From UHGV virus genome UHGV-0332176: a stretch of 64,000 nt of DNA; one strand, written 5' to 3'. Positions 18,498 through 29,301 of this stretch are shown piece after piece. The DNA is from a virus. The notes below the pieces were generated by a model. That model was not told the DNA's origin, searched no databases, and saw only the letters and a list, made by a program, of their open reading frames with translations. Every line of letters starts with the position of its first letter. Positions within the stretch are counted from its first letter, which is position 1. The position numbers and the translations under genes were made by a program.

Positions 18498-21425
18498 TTA
18501 AACTAAAGTCAAAAATCCACCTAAATCATCATCAATCGTCTGCATTGCAGATTTCATTGATAAATTCCAATTCAATGAGCCAAAAATTGAATCCATTGTT
18601 GTATCAACAATTGTATCTGACATATCTGCTTCATCAAAAGGAAGTTTAGAAAACCATTCAGGAACATCATTTAAATCACGTGGATATGCAATTGATGTCA
18701 TACCGAATGGATTATTTTTCTTTAATTTACAAACAACAATTTTATTACCGTCTAATATTCTTGTTGTTGAAGTATCACCATTAATTTCAAGCATACGATT
18801 ATAATTAATAGATGCCATAACGTGTCCAGGAACTCTTGCTTTTGGATTTAATTTATATTCTTCTGTATATTTTGTTAATCCATTTACAGCTTTTGGTGTC
18901 CCTTTTTCCCAAGGTTTAAGTGTATTCCATTCATTATTATAAAATGTTTTAATAATATCAACCAATTCGTCTCTATTACCATCAGATAATAAAGATTCCA
19001 TCATATTTTTTAATAATTTTCTAACAATCATTGGAGTATCTGAACGTTGAATTTGTAAACCTTTAATTTTTAATTTTCCTGCCTTTCCGTGAACATCATA
19101 TCTTTCACCTTCATTATCAAAAACCATTAATGCATATCTTTTTTTGGAAACGTAAAGACCACGAGTAGCAACAATTTCTCGTGCTGCTTTAATAATCTTA
19201 GAATTTTCATCTGTTACGTGAAAAATATTTTTCACGTGGTCAGCATAAGAACTATCAACTAATTGAGAAATTTCATCAACATATTTAATAACATTTTCTT
19301 TATTATATACAAAATCTGGATGTTTTTCTTTAAATTCAGGTCTTGATAATGCAAAATATGTTGAATCGGTATCTCCATATACAACAATTCCACCTGTATG
19401 TTTATATGTACCAACAGCTATTTCATTTAATTTACTTGCCATATGTTGAACAATTTTACGACCAGATGCTGTGGTAGATGCACCCAAACGAAAATCATAA
19501 AAAGTTGAACCAGAATTTAATAATGCTCCATAACTTGAATTCAAATTAATTTTACGTAGATATTGTTCCAAATCCCAATAATCTTCTTTTTCTTTATAAT
19601 ATTCTTTATTGACTGGTTCAATAATATTATCAGTTAACATTAATCCATATTCAAACATATATTTTCTAATTCCAGAAATATCTTTATTATCAACAAGTTT
19701 TTTTAATTCTTTAATATCATATTCTTTAAAATTAGAACTTGCTTGAATACCTTTTAATTCATTAACAATATCATCAGATATTGCTAAACCATCTTTCAAA
19801 TTACGATACATTTTAGATTTAGCTTTCATTGACTTTCTATCAGCATACCATTCAGATAGAATTTTAGCAACTAAACCTTGCTTATCAGTTCTAAATAATG
19901 TTCCAAATGCAGAAATACATAAATTACTATTTTCAGAAAAAACTAAATTATAAATTTCTTTAGCTGACATTTCAGCACATTCACCAGTTTCTAATTGTAA
20001 CTCTAAAATATCATCAGTTTGATTCATAATTTTTTGATATTCTAAAGTTCCAAACATTTCATCACCACCCCACGCTTCACCCCAAGCTGGAATTCTTTCA
20101 CCTTTTTTAAACCATAAATTATCTTCTTCAATTTTTTTCCAAAGATATGGCATAGTATATGTTAATTTAACTTGTGCAACAATAGTTTCAGGACTCATAT
20201 TTAAACATCTAATCGTAGATGGATAAAGTGAATTCAAATCTGTATCTGAAATCCATTCGTGCATACCAACAACAGGGTCTTGAACAAATGCCCCAGGAGG
20301 TCTAATTCCTCTCCATTCATCCCCTTTTCCTTCAATTCTATCAGGAACATAATAGCCAGAATCGTGGGCATTATTAATAACTGCTTGGTCAAACCAAGCA
20401 ACTGTTCCCATCGTTGCTTCTAATGTAACAGGAATAGAATGAGCTTGACGATTATGAATGTTAATATAATTTAATTTTTTATCAATACGAGCTAACAAAT
20501 TCGTATCTTGTCTATTATATTCTAAAAATAATTTAAAATTATCAAAATATAAACGAGTTAAAGTTCCCTCATACTTTACTTTTCTATCCCCTAATTCTTC
20601 ATAAGAAATATTATCTAATGAATAAGATTCGTGTTCATTAGGAGTATGTTTTTTATACAATCCTAAATAATCTACAGACCATTTTCCAACAAATGAATAA
20701 TTTTTAACAACACGACCATATGTTTCAACTTCTTTACATAATGGTGGCTGATTCCATAAACAATATTCTTTAATTTTTTCTGAACCCCATATCTTTATTG
20801 TTCTTCCAATAATATATGGTATATCAAAAAAATCTGAATTCCAACCAGAAATAACATCTGCGTCATCAAACAATTTAATCATACAATCAATTAACTGCTT
20901 TTCATCATTACATAAAAAAGTATCTTCTAAGCTATTACATATATCTTTAGCTTCTTCCCAAGATAAATTATCAGGTTTAATTGTTAATGTAATTGTTTTA
21001 TCTAACCAATCTAAATAAATTGACACAGCATTAATAGCACAAGGAGTTTCAGATACTAATGTATTAATATCACCTGCTACTGCTGGGTCATAGTCAACTT
21101 CAATATCAAAAAATGCTTTATGTAATTTTGGTTCTTGACAATTTTTATAATTTTGATATAATACTTTATGAACTAAATTAAAATTCATTTCATATGTTCT
21201 AACACCCGATTCTTGACATTGTTTTCTATGAGAACTAAAATCACTATACTTATGTAAAGTAATTTTTTTTAATCTTTGACCATCAATTCCCATATCATAT
21301 CCATTATCATCGGGAACTAAATATTCATAAATTAATGGATATGTTGTTGTCACTCTATTTCCATTTATTCTTTCAGAAACATAAAGTAAATTGTTTTGTC
21401 TATCTAAATAAGTACCCACATACAT
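18498..21425 (-). CDS. Family B DNA polymerase (T4 gp43-like), 975 aa
   Basis: Pol motif A DTDLNSLYPS and motif C YGDTDS are present, plus N-terminal exonuclease-domain-like sequence. Confidence 0.9.
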   Translation of the reverse strand: MYVGTYLDRQNNLLYVSERINGNRVTTTYPLIYEYLVPDDNGYDMGIDGQRLKKITLHKYSDFSSHRKQCQESGVRTYEMNFNLVHKVLYQNYKNCQEPKLHKAFFDIEVDYDPAVAGDINTLVSETPCAINAVSIYLDWLDKTITLTIKPDNLSWEEAKDICNSLEDTFLCNDEKQLIDCMIKLFDDADVISGWNSDFFDIPYIIGRTIKIWGSEKIKEYCLWNQPPLCKEVETYGRVVKNYSFVGKWSVDYLGLYKKHTPNEHESYSLDNISYEELGDRKVKYEGTLTRLYFDNFKLFLEYNRQDTNLLARIDKKLNYINIHNRQAHSIPVTLEATMGTVAWFDQAVINNAHDSGYYVPDRIEGKGDEWRGIRPPGAFVQDPVVGMHEWISDTDLNSLYPSTIRCLNMSPETIVAQVKLTYTMPYLWKKIEEDNLWFKKGERIPAWGEAWGGDEMFGTLEYQKIMNQTDDILELQLETGECAEMSAKEIYNLVFSENSNLCISAFGTLFRTDKQGLVAKILSEWYADRKSMKAKSKMYRNLKDGLAISDDIVNELKGIQASSNFKEYDIKELKKLVDNKDISGIRKYMFEYGLMLTDNIIEPVNKEYYKEKEDYWDLEQYLRKINLNSSYGALLNSGSTFYDFRLGASTTASGRKIVQHMASKLNEIAVGTYKHTGGIVVYGDTDSTYFALSRPEFKEKHPDFVYNKENVIKYVDEISQLVDSSYADHVKNIFHVTDENSKIIKAAREIVATRGLYVSKKRYALMVFDNEGERYDVHGKAGKLKIKGLQIQRSDTPMIVRKLLKNMMESLLSDGNRDELVDIIKTFYNNEWNTLKPWEKGTPKAVNGLTKYTEEYKLNPKARVPGHVMASINYNRMLEINGDTSTTRILDGNKIVVCKLKKNNPFGMTSIAYPRDLNDVPEWFSKLPFDEADMSDTIVDTTMDSIFGSLNWNLSMKSAMQTIDDDLGGFLTLV

Positions 21426-21471
21426 ATAAAAATCCTCTATAAAATAACTTAGATATTATAACATATAAATT

Positions 21472-21702
21472 TTAATTTTGCGAATTAAAATCTCCACCAT
21501 CAATTGTTAAATCAGTTAAATTTAAAGAAGAACTTGGTGTTTCATTAAAATGTTTATTCGTTAATTCTGCCATTATTTCAAAAATAATATATCCTAAATC
21601 ATCTATTTCTTGTAATGTAAATTTAACTTCTTTCGCTCTTTGACGTTTAGCTTCAAGAAGTTTTTTATTAAAATTTTTCAATACAAATTCACGACTTATC
21701 AT
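21472..21702 (-). CDS. Small hypothetical protein, 76 aa
   Basis: ORF in a cluster of small genes between pol and rtcB. Confidence 0.3.
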   Translation of the reverse strand: MISREFVLKNFNKKLLEAKRQRAKEVKFTLQEIDDLGYIIFEIMAELTNKHFNETPSSSLNLTDLTIDGGDFNSQN

Positions 21703-21932
21703 TTTTCTCCTTTATATGTAAATAAATCATTAAAAATAATTTTAGATTTTCCTAAAAATACGCAATTTTCTAAAATATATTTAGTTTCCAAATATCTTGT
21801 TTGATTATTTGCATATAATACATCAAAGGGTTTATAAACCTCATAATCAGTATCAGTTATGGTTTTATAAATAAAGAAACGCATTTCCTTTTTATTATCA
21901 AACCATATTTCTCCAACTTTAGGTTTTTTCAT
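21699..21932 (-). CDS. Small hypothetical protein, 77 aa
   Basis: ORF with 4-nt overlap with the neighbouring gene. Confidence 0.3.
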   Translation of the reverse strand: MKKPKVGEIWFDNKKEMRFFIYKTITDTDYEVYKPFDVLYANNQTRYLETKYILENCVFLGKSKIIFNDLFTYKGEK

Positions 21933-21941
21933 AATATCACC

Positions 21942-22364
21942 TTACCTTTCAATGATTTTATCACAACTCATATCCCAATCGCTTACACTTTCATTATTAA
22001 ATATCATTTCTTTAATAAATTCTAATGCTTTCTTTTTATATTTTTTTGAAAGACAATTACCATTATAAAAAATATTATATGTTTTAAAATCAACAAAATA
22101 TACTCCTGTATGCGAAATCATTTCTTCCTTAAAAACAATTGTAAAAATTGTTTTATCACGGACATCTTTAATATTTCTTTTAAATTCTATTTTTACAAGT
22201 CTTGGAGTATTAAAACATTGAAAATGATATTGTGTTGTTCCAACTTTATTGTAATAATCACAATTTTTTATAATTTCCATTTTTAAATGATTAAATTCAT
22301 CTAATTCTTCTAAATATTTTTTATATGAATTTTTCATAAATTTTTTTATAAACCAAAGAAACAT
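21942..22364 (-). CDS. Hypothetical protein, 140 aa
   Basis: ORF. Confidence 0.35.
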   Translation of the reverse strand: MFLWFIKKFMKNSYKKYLEELDEFNHLKMEIIKNCDYYNKVGTTQYHFQCFNTPRLVKIEFKRNIKDVRDKTIFTIVFKEEMISHTGVYFVDFKTYNIFYNGNCLSKKYKKKALEFIKEMIFNNESVSDWDMSCDKIIER

Positions 22365-22402
22365 ATTTTTCTCCTTTATACAAGGTTAATACAATGAAAG
22401 TA

Positions 22403-23614
22403 TTAACCTTGTGCCTTAAAGTTATATATTGGAATAATTCGGTCAACAATATCAACAGTTTCACCAATAGCATCAATAATAACATTCATATCCTTATATG
22501 CCATAGGAGATTCATCTAATGTTGATTCTGAAACACAAGAAGACCAAACATCCTTCATCTTATCCTGAAATTCTTCAACAGATAAAACAGATTTTGCCTT
22601 ACCTCGTGATAAAACCCGTCCTGCACCGTGTGGTGCTGACTGATTCCATTCTTCATTGCCCTTACCAATTCCAACAATTGAACCATCCTTCATATTCAAA
22701 GGAATAATTACTCGCTCGCCCTTCTTTGCAGAAATTGCACCCTTACGAATAATCATTTCCCGATTACCAAGAAATTCAATATAATTATGATGAGTAAAAA
22801 TTGAATCAACAACATTCCAACCCATATGTGAACAAATTTCGTGAACAATAACTTGGTGATTTACAGTTGCAAATTCTTCTGCTACCTTCATATGTTCAAC
22901 ATATAAATCTAAATCTTCACCATCTAAATATCGTAATTCTGGTGGTAATTTATCAGAATCAATATGATTCTTAATCCAATCTTGACGTTCCTTTGGTGGA
23001 ATTTGTGATAATGCAAAAACTCTCTTTGCATCAATTCTATCCTGATAAACCTTTATTGCCTTATCTTGATGAAAATCACAAATCTTCTTACCAAAATTTC
23101 TTGAACCACAATGAACAGAAAGCCATAAATAACCATCCTTGTCCTTATTTAATTCTAAGAAATGATTACCACCACCCAAAGTTCCAATTGACTTTAAATG
23201 ACGATTATACCCATTTTCATCGCCAATTTCCTGACAAACCTTTTCAATCTTTGCCTTTAAATTATCTGAAACTAACTTTGATACAGTTGAACGAATAGAC
23301 ATTCCAGATGGAACATACTTACGAATAACATTATCAAGCTGTTCAAAATCAACTTCCTTAACATCTAACTTATAAGTTGAAATAGAACAAGAAATATCAA
23401 CTCCAACAAGATTTGGAATAATTCTATCTTTAATAGAAGCAGTAAATCCCACTACACAGCCCTTACCTGCGTGACAATCAGGCATAATACGAATTTGTGA
23501 ATCCTTAAATATTTCTTGGGAGCAAAGAGTTACTAACTGACCCACACATTCTTCTTCAATTTGGTCAGTCATAACAATAGCTGAATTATACTTTCCCTTA
23601 ACTTCTAACTTCAT
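22403..23614 (-). CDS. rtcB: RtcB-family RNA ligase (3'-phosphate/5'-OH RNA ligase), 403 aa
   Basis: Signature motifs MPDCHAGKG, GGGNHF and HGAGR. Confidence 0.85.
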   Translation of the reverse strand: MKLEVKGKYNSAIVMTDQIEEECVGQLVTLCSQEIFKDSQIRIMPDCHAGKGCVVGFTASIKDRIIPNLVGVDISCSISTYKLDVKEVDFEQLDNVIRKYVPSGMSIRSTVSKLVSDNLKAKIEKVCQEIGDENGYNRHLKSIGTLGGGNHFLELNKDKDGYLWLSVHCGSRNFGKKICDFHQDKAIKVYQDRIDAKRVFALSQIPPKERQDWIKNHIDSDKLPPELRYLDGEDLDLYVEHMKVAEEFATVNHQVIVHEICSHMGWNVVDSIFTHHNYIEFLGNREMIIRKGAISAKKGERVIIPLNMKDGSIVGIGKGNEEWNQSAPHGAGRVLSRGKAKSVLSVEEFQDKMKDVWSSCVSESTLDESPMAYKDMNVIIDAIGETVDIVDRIIPIYNFKAQG

Positions 23615-23681
23615 CTTTTTTCTCCAAAAAATTTCTATTATATTTTTTATAACATATTTTTTAATATTGTCAATAGATAAT

Positions 23682-24062
23682 TTAATTATCTCTTACTTTT
23701 TCAAGTTTAATTTCTCCATCATTTGTAGTATAAAACATATTTTTTATACCAACATACTTAATTAATTTTTGACACATATCACACGGTTTAGCCATAGCTA
23801 ATTGACCATTTTTATTTGTTCTATACACAAAAATAGAACATCCTTTTAATTTATTCCAATCCAAATTTAACATAGCTGCTTGTTCAGCGTGCAAACTTTC
23901 TTCCCATTTTTTATGTTTCATTGATATAGAAGAACTTCTAATTCCATTATGTCCTGAACCATAAATTCTCTTTCCTTTAAAAACGACAGCACCAATTTGA
24001 GGATTATAATTAGACTTTTTAGCTTCATTCATTGCACATTTAATAACATTATTATAAAGCAT
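23682..24062 (-). CDS. CMP/dCMP-type zinc deaminase (probable dCMP deaminase), 126 aa
   Basis: HAE...PCxxC zinc-binding motifs (SLHAEQAA ... PCDMCQ). Confidence 0.6.
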   Translation of the reverse strand: MLYNNVIKCAMNEAKKSNYNPQIGAVVFKGKRIYGSGHNGIRSSSISMKHKKWEESLHAEQAAMLNLDWNKLKGCSIFVYRTNKNGQLAMAKPCDMCQKLIKYVGIKNMFYTTNDGEIKLEKVRDN

Positions 24063-24143
24063 TTATTTTCTTTCATAAAAAATTAAACCTAACATTATTT
24101 GTTAGGTTTAATATATTATATAAAATTAAATTGTCAAGAAAAA

Positions 24144-25490
24144 TTATTTATAAATTGGATGATGTAAGCAAAGGTTTTCAACTCCTTCTTTAATAATTAA
24201 TAAAGCAACTTCTTTTAAAGATAATTCTTTACCAAGATTTTCTTCAAAAATCTCTTTATGCCAATCAATTCCTTCATAATCATATTCATCTATTAAAATA
24301 TCAATCATATGGCAAATTTGATGAGCTATCCACGCAGCATTATCTTCTGTCATTCCTCTTGTTGTTATTGCTGCTGTTCCTAAACGAATACCAGAAGTTT
24401 CTGATTTAGGTCGTGGGTCGTCTTTAATAGCATTTTTATTCACAACAATTCCAACTTCAGATAAAGCATCTTCTAATTGTTTTCCTGAAATATTATATTT
24501 TCTTAAATCAAGTAATAACAAATGATTATCTGAACCGTCAGCAATCATCGGTACTTTTCTTTCTTTAAATATCTTCTCCATTGCTTTAATATTTTTAAGA
24601 ATTTGTTCTTGATATTGCTTAAATTCTGGTTTTAATGCTTCTTCAAAACAAATTGCTTTACCAGCAATAACGTGTTCCAAAGGACCACCTTGAATACCAG
24701 GAAATACTGCTTTATCAATTTTTTTACCAAGTTCTATATCATTAGATAAAATAATTCCACCACGAGTACCCCTTAATGTTTTATGTGTTGTTGAAGTAAC
24801 AACATCTGCATAAGGTAATGGAGATGGATGTAATCCAGTTGCTACTAATCCAGCAATATGAGCCATATCAACCATTAAATAACAAGATTTATTAGGTGCA
24901 TCAGGATTATTTGAACCACCACAATCATAATAAATTGACTGATTATAATCATCAACAATACTTCTAATCAATTCAAAATCAATAATTTTAGAATAAGCAG
25001 AAGCACCAACTACAAGAACCTTTGGGTTATATTTATATAACTTATCTTTAAGTTCAGTATAATTTATTGTTCCATCAGCATACAAACCATAAGATACAGC
25101 ATTATATAATTTACCTGATGCTGAAACTTTTGAACCGTGAGTTAAATGACCCCCAGCATTTAAATCCATACCTAAAATAGTATCACCTGGTTTACATAAC
25201 GCTAAATAAACGGCTTGATTTGCTTGACTACCGCTATGAGGTTGAACATTTGCCCAATTACATTTAAACAATTCTTTACATTTATCAATAGCATATTGTT
25301 CAATTTCATCAATATAACGACAACCACCATAATAACGATGTTCAGGATAACCTTCAGCATATTTATTAGTTAAAATTGAACCAACTGCTTTCATAATATC
25401 TTTTGATACATAGTTTTCAGAAGCAATTAAACATATTTCACCTTCTTGTCTCTTTCTTTCTTTTTCAATTAAATCAAATATTTTACTCAT
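24144..25490 (-). CDS. glyA: Serine hydroxymethyltransferase, 448 aa
   Basis: PLP-lysine motif [14 protein letters not shown] and N-terminal [23 protein letters not shown]. Confidence 0.85.
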   Translation of the reverse strand: MSKIFDLIEKERKRQEGEICLIASENYVSKDIMKAVGSILTNKYAEGYPEHRYYGGCRYIDEIEQYAIDKCKELFKCNWANVQPHSGSQANQAVYLALCKPGDTILGMDLNAGGHLTHGSKVSASGKLYNAVSYGLYADGTINYTELKDKLYKYNPKVLVVGASAYSKIIDFELIRSIVDDYNQSIYYDCGGSNNPDAPNKSCYLMVDMAHIAGLVATGLHPSPLPYADVVTSTTHKTLRGTRGGIILSNDIELGKKIDKAVFPGIQGGPLEHVIAGKAICFEEALKPEFKQYQEQILKNIKAMEKIFKERKVPMIADGSDNHLLLLDLRKYNISGKQLEDALSEVGIVVNKNAIKDDPRPKSETSGIRLGTAAITTRGMTEDNAAWIAHQICHMIDILIDEYDYEGIDWHKEIFEENLGKELSLKEVALLIIKEGVENLCLHHPIYK

Positions 25491-25701
25491 TTTATATCTA
25501 ATATCCTTTTATTTAATAAATTAACTAAATTGTTTAATCAACTCTTTAAGTTTTGTATTAGTCATTCTTCTCGTATCAATTGGTAAAGTAATTGAAAAAT
25601 CACAAGTATCAATTGTTAAATCTACTCCTGCTTGAGCTTCACCATTTTCATCAATAAAAACTATATCTTTCATTTCTAATAAATTACTCATTTATAACCC
25701 T

Positions 25702-25950
25702 TTATTTACAATAATTTTTATGGTTAACTCTATAACAATCAGTTTTTCCTTTATAAGGTCTTCTTTCTAACGTTACTTCTTTATATGTTTTGGGTTCATA
25801 AACCGTTCTATATGTTGTATTACGATAAATTACTTCAACTGGTTGAGATACTGTATATGCTTCTTCCCTACCATAATAACAATTATCACAAGTTGTTGAA
25901 CAAGCCGACAATAATAATACCAAACTAAATAATGCTAATAATTTTTTCAT
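25702..25950 (-). CDS. Small lipoprotein (signal peptide plus lipobox LLSAC), 82 aa
   Basis: MKKLLALFSLVLLLSAC followed by four further Cys. Confidence 0.5.
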   Translation of the reverse strand: MKKLLALFSLVLLLSACSTTCDNCYYGREEAYTVSQPVEVIYRNTTYRTVYEPKTYKEVTLERRPYKGKTDCYRVNHKNYCK

Positions 25951-25951
25951 A

Positions 25952-26215
25952 TTATTCTCCTTTAACTTCTAATTTAGTTTCTTTTTTAGGCATTACTCTT
26001 TCTAATAAAGAAAACAAAAAAGATGTTCCTCTTTCCATAACATCAACTTTTGTTGAATGTTTTCTAAATCCTTTTGTATAATGATTCCAACCTAAACCTT
26101 CTACAAAATTATAACATCTACCACTATCTTTCTTTTTTTGTACAATTTTTTTATGATTTAATTTTTCTGAATATACTTTTAATCTACCCATATTTTTCTC
26201 CTTTGTTAAACACAA
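25952..26215 (-). CDS. Small basic hypothetical protein, 87 aa
   Basis: ORF. Confidence 0.3.
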   Translation of the reverse strand: MCLTKEKNMGRLKVYSEKLNHKKIVQKKKDSGRCYNFVEGLGWNHYTKGFRKHSTKVDVMERGTSFLFSLLERVMPKKETKLEVKGE

Positions 26216-26247
26216 TACTAAATGATTTTATATACACTTGTCAAATA

Positions 26248-28341
26248 TTAAAAACCAATACGATTTGCAATTGGAGTTTTATTAACTTGTTCCAAATCAA
26301 GCATTTTAATCAACTCATCTTTATTATTTAAACAATCCATAATTTCCGCTTTTTCTTTAACAACTACAAAATCACCAGGTGCTAATGTATTACTATTTAA
26401 ATGAACATTTTTAATTCCAAAAAAATATTCAAATGCTTTAGTTACCTGTTCAGATGTCATATAATCATATTTTACTTTAAATGTAAATCTTCTTAAAGAC
26501 GCTTTATCTAATGAATCCATTAAATTAGTAGTACAAATAAATGGATATGGATGTTTTTCCATTTGAGTCAACATTTCATTAACTTGTGTCACTTCCCAGT
26601 TTCTAACTGCATTATTTCTATTTTGTAAGAAACTATCAGCTTCATCAAAAATAAGCATTGCTTTATTATCTACTGCTTCTTTAAATGCATTAGCAATATT
26701 TTGTTCAGTTTGTCCAACATACATACCTAATAAATCAGAACATTTTTTCTTAATAATAGGAATACCCATTTTTTCTGCCAACCATTCAGCATATGCGGAT
26801 TTACCAGTTCCCGAAATGCCATTTAAACATAATGAAAAATTCATTTTCTTTAAAGATAAAATCCTATCAGCTAATTTCTTTAAATCAACATCAGTATTCA
26901 ATAAATCAAGATTGAAATTATTCTTCATAACATTAACCAATTCTTCTTTTTTCTCTGTAAAACCACAATTCATTGTTTGAATTTGATTCTCAATAAAATG
27001 AGTAATAAGCACATTCTTTTCAACATCAGTTAAATAACCGTCTTCTAATGTGGCAACATTTTGAATTGCTTTGGTTAAAAACGCAGGAGAAATATCAAAT
27101 TTCTCAACCAACCATTCAATCATCTTTGGTTTCAAAGAGACACCATAATTTTTCAACTGCCGTTTCCACATCTTTTTCATTACATCTTTATTTGGTTTTT
27201 CAAAATACATTGCATAATCAAATCTTCTCAAAAACGCTTTATCAATACCAAATGTATCATTCATAATGAAAATATGTTTCTTTTCAGTATCATCTAATAC
27301 TTTGTTAATCAAATCTTTCTTAACATTTTCTCTAAAAATATCATCTGCTTCATCAATCAACAAGCATTGTTTATTTGTCAAGAAATAATCCGCACTCTTA
27401 ATATCATTTAAACGGTTTTTATCCTCATCAGTTTCATCATTATAAAGACAATGTAAATCCAATTTTAATTTTTTACATAAGGTTTTGACAAATTCAGTCT
27501 TACCTGTTCCAGGTGCTCCATAAATCAACAAATTGAAAGATTTCTTACGGTTCAATAAATTATAAACCATATCTCTATCATTTCTAAAATCAAAATCACT
27601 CCATTTATAATTAACTGTTTCAATTTTTTCACCAGTTAATTCTTTAAGCATTTCTTCTTTTGTATTTAAATTACACATTAAACAATTTGCAAGAATTGGA
27701 TTTAAACCGTGTGATGGATAACACGAATTTTTTAATTTATACATCTCATTGTCCATCCAACAAATGACATTCTTTTCAATTAAGCATCTAAACACACTCA
27801 CCATCTCAATGGTTGTCATATTAACAATATTATGTCTTAATTGAGCAAAATATTCCAAAAAATTGAGCATATGATATTCTAAACAAATATATTTTACATA
27901 TGAAAAGATTGAAAAAATAACAATCAGTTTCAATACTTTTTGTGTGTTTTCATCTGTAATATTATACATATCATATAAATTGTTTATAAATTTATATTCA
28001 CTATTATTACTACAATCTATTGTTTTCATCTCGTTTAATTTTTTAGTAACAATATGTTTATAGCAATTTACATATTTTCCTATTTTAGATGGTCGTATAT
28101 CCTTTATGCAATCATTAACATTCTGTTTTGTTGTATAATTATTTTCTGCTTGGCTATACGAATAATTATTTAAAAATTTACTTCTTTTAGGATGTTTTTT
28201 ATCATATTCAGTAAATTCCATAAAACTATTGTAACAAATACGGTTGGCTTTTTCATAATCTGTTAATAGGTCATTATTTAAAAATGTGTTAATATTTTCA
28301 AGAATACATTTATCAACATATGGAGATACAAAATAAGTCAT
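26248..28341 (-). CDS. Tandem AAA+ ATPase (two classical AAA modules) with a ~270-aa N-terminal domain, 697 aa
   Basis: Two Walker A motifs (GAPGTGKTE, GISGTGKSA), two Walker B motifs (LLIDEADD, LIFDEADS) and two SRH/arginine-finger segments (AFLRRFD, ASLRRFT). Confidence 0.7.
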   Translation of the reverse strand: MTYFVSPYVDKCILENINTFLNNDLLTDYEKANRICYNSFMEFTEYDKKHPKRSKFLNNYSYSQAENNYTTKQNVNDCIKDIRPSKIGKYVNCYKHIVTKKLNEMKTIDCSNNSEYKFINNLYDMYNITDENTQKVLKLIVIFSIFSYVKYICLEYHMLNFLEYFAQLRHNIVNMTTIEMVSVFRCLIEKNVICWMDNEMYKLKNSCYPSHGLNPILANCLMCNLNTKEEMLKELTGEKIETVNYKWSDFDFRNDRDMVYNLLNRKKSFNLLIYGAPGTGKTEFVKTLCKKLKLDLHCLYNDETDEDKNRLNDIKSADYFLTNKQCLLIDEADDIFRENVKKDLINKVLDDTEKKHIFIMNDTFGIDKAFLRRFDYAMYFEKPNKDVMKKMWKRQLKNYGVSLKPKMIEWLVEKFDISPAFLTKAIQNVATLEDGYLTDVEKNVLITHFIENQIQTMNCGFTEKKEELVNVMKNNFNLDLLNTDVDLKKLADRILSLKKMNFSLCLNGISGTGKSAYAEWLAEKMGIPIIKKKCSDLLGMYVGQTEQNIANAFKEAVDNKAMLIFDEADSFLQNRNNAVRNWEVTQVNEMLTQMEKHPYPFICTTNLMDSLDKASLRRFTFKVKYDYMTSEQVTKAFEYFFGIKNVHLNSNTLAPGDFVVVKEKAEIMDCLNNKDELIKMLDLEQVNKTPIANRIGF

Positions 28342-28344
28342 TGC

Positions 28345-28932
28345 TTAATCCTCTCTTTTTTCAATGATTTTATCAATTAAACCAAATTTTAATGCTTCAT
28401 CAGGTGTCATAAAATTATCTCTATCCATTGCCTTTTCAATAACAGATAATTTTTGTCCTGTATTATCAGCATAAATTTTATTTAAACGTTTTCTTAAATC
28501 AAGAATTAACTTTGCTCTGATTTCAATATCAGTTGCTTGCCCTTGAGCACCGCCTGATGGTTGATGAATCATAATTTGAGAATTTGGAAGTGAAAAACGC
28601 TTCCCTTTTGTTCCACCTGCAAGTAAAAATGAACCCATTGAACACGCTTGACCCATACAAATAGTACAAATATCAGGTTTAATATATTGCATTGTATCAT
28701 ATATTGCCATTCCAGATGTTACAACACCACCTGGTGAATTAATATACATATAAATATCTTTATTTGGGTCTTCAGCTTCTAAAAACAATAACTGTGAGCA
28801 AATTAAAGAAGACATTTCATCACAAACTTCTCCTGAAACAAATACAATTCTTTCTTTTAATAATCGTGAAAAAATATCGTATGAACGCTCTCCCTTAGAA
28901 GTTTGTTCAATTACCATAGGTATTAAATTCAT
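28345..28932 (-). CDS. clpP: ClpP-family serine protease proteolytic subunit, 195 aa
   Basis: Catalytic Ser in [14 protein letters not shown], His in [18 protein letters not shown], and typical N-terminal [12 protein letters not shown]. Confidence 0.85.
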   Translation of the reverse strand: MNLIPMVIEQTSKGERSYDIFSRLLKERIVFVSGEVCDEMSSLICSQLLFLEAEDPNKDIYMYINSPGGVVTSGMAIYDTMQYIKPDICTICMGQACSMGSFLLAGGTKGKRFSLPNSQIMIHQPSGGAQGQATDIEIRAKLILDLRKRLNKIYADNTGQKLSVIEKAMDRDNFMTPDEALKFGLIDKIIEKRED

Positions 28933-29025
28933 TTTTTATTTTCCTCTTTTAATTATTAATATCAATATAATAATATCAAAAAAATAATAGTCAAGAGTTT
29001 AATAAAAAATTCAGTAAAAATATTT

Positions 29026-29247
29026 TTACTGAATTATATCTTTTAAAATCATTTGTAATCTTTTATATTGGCTTTCATATAAAAACATTGACCCATCTTC
29101 TTGCCAATATTCTTTAATCCATTTTTTAAGTTTTTTAATTAAATCTTTATCTGATTGATTAACTAATTTTCTAACATTAATTTTAGATATTTCATCTAAA
29201 AATTGTTGAGGATTATCATAATATTCATTAACTTTCATTCTTTCCAT
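29026..29247 (-). CDS. Small hypothetical protein, 73 aa
   Basis: ORF. Confidence 0.3.
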   Translation of the reverse strand: MERMKVNEYYDNPQQFLDEISKINVRKLVNQSDKDLIKKLKKWIKEYWQEDGSMFLYESQYKRLQMILKDIIQ

Positions 29248-29301
29248 AATTATATCCTTTTTTATGAAAAAATAAAATAAACAAATTAAAAAGTCAATAT
29301 T

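Noticed and set aside
25491-25701. 210-nt ORF-free gap examined for a tRNA or small RNA gene
   Set aside because: The sequence is uniformly AT-rich with no GC-rich acceptor or T-arm-like segments (no GGTTCGAAT-type motif). Only a possible sub-60-aa minus-strand ORF (MSNLLEM...) whose frame I could not verify by eye.
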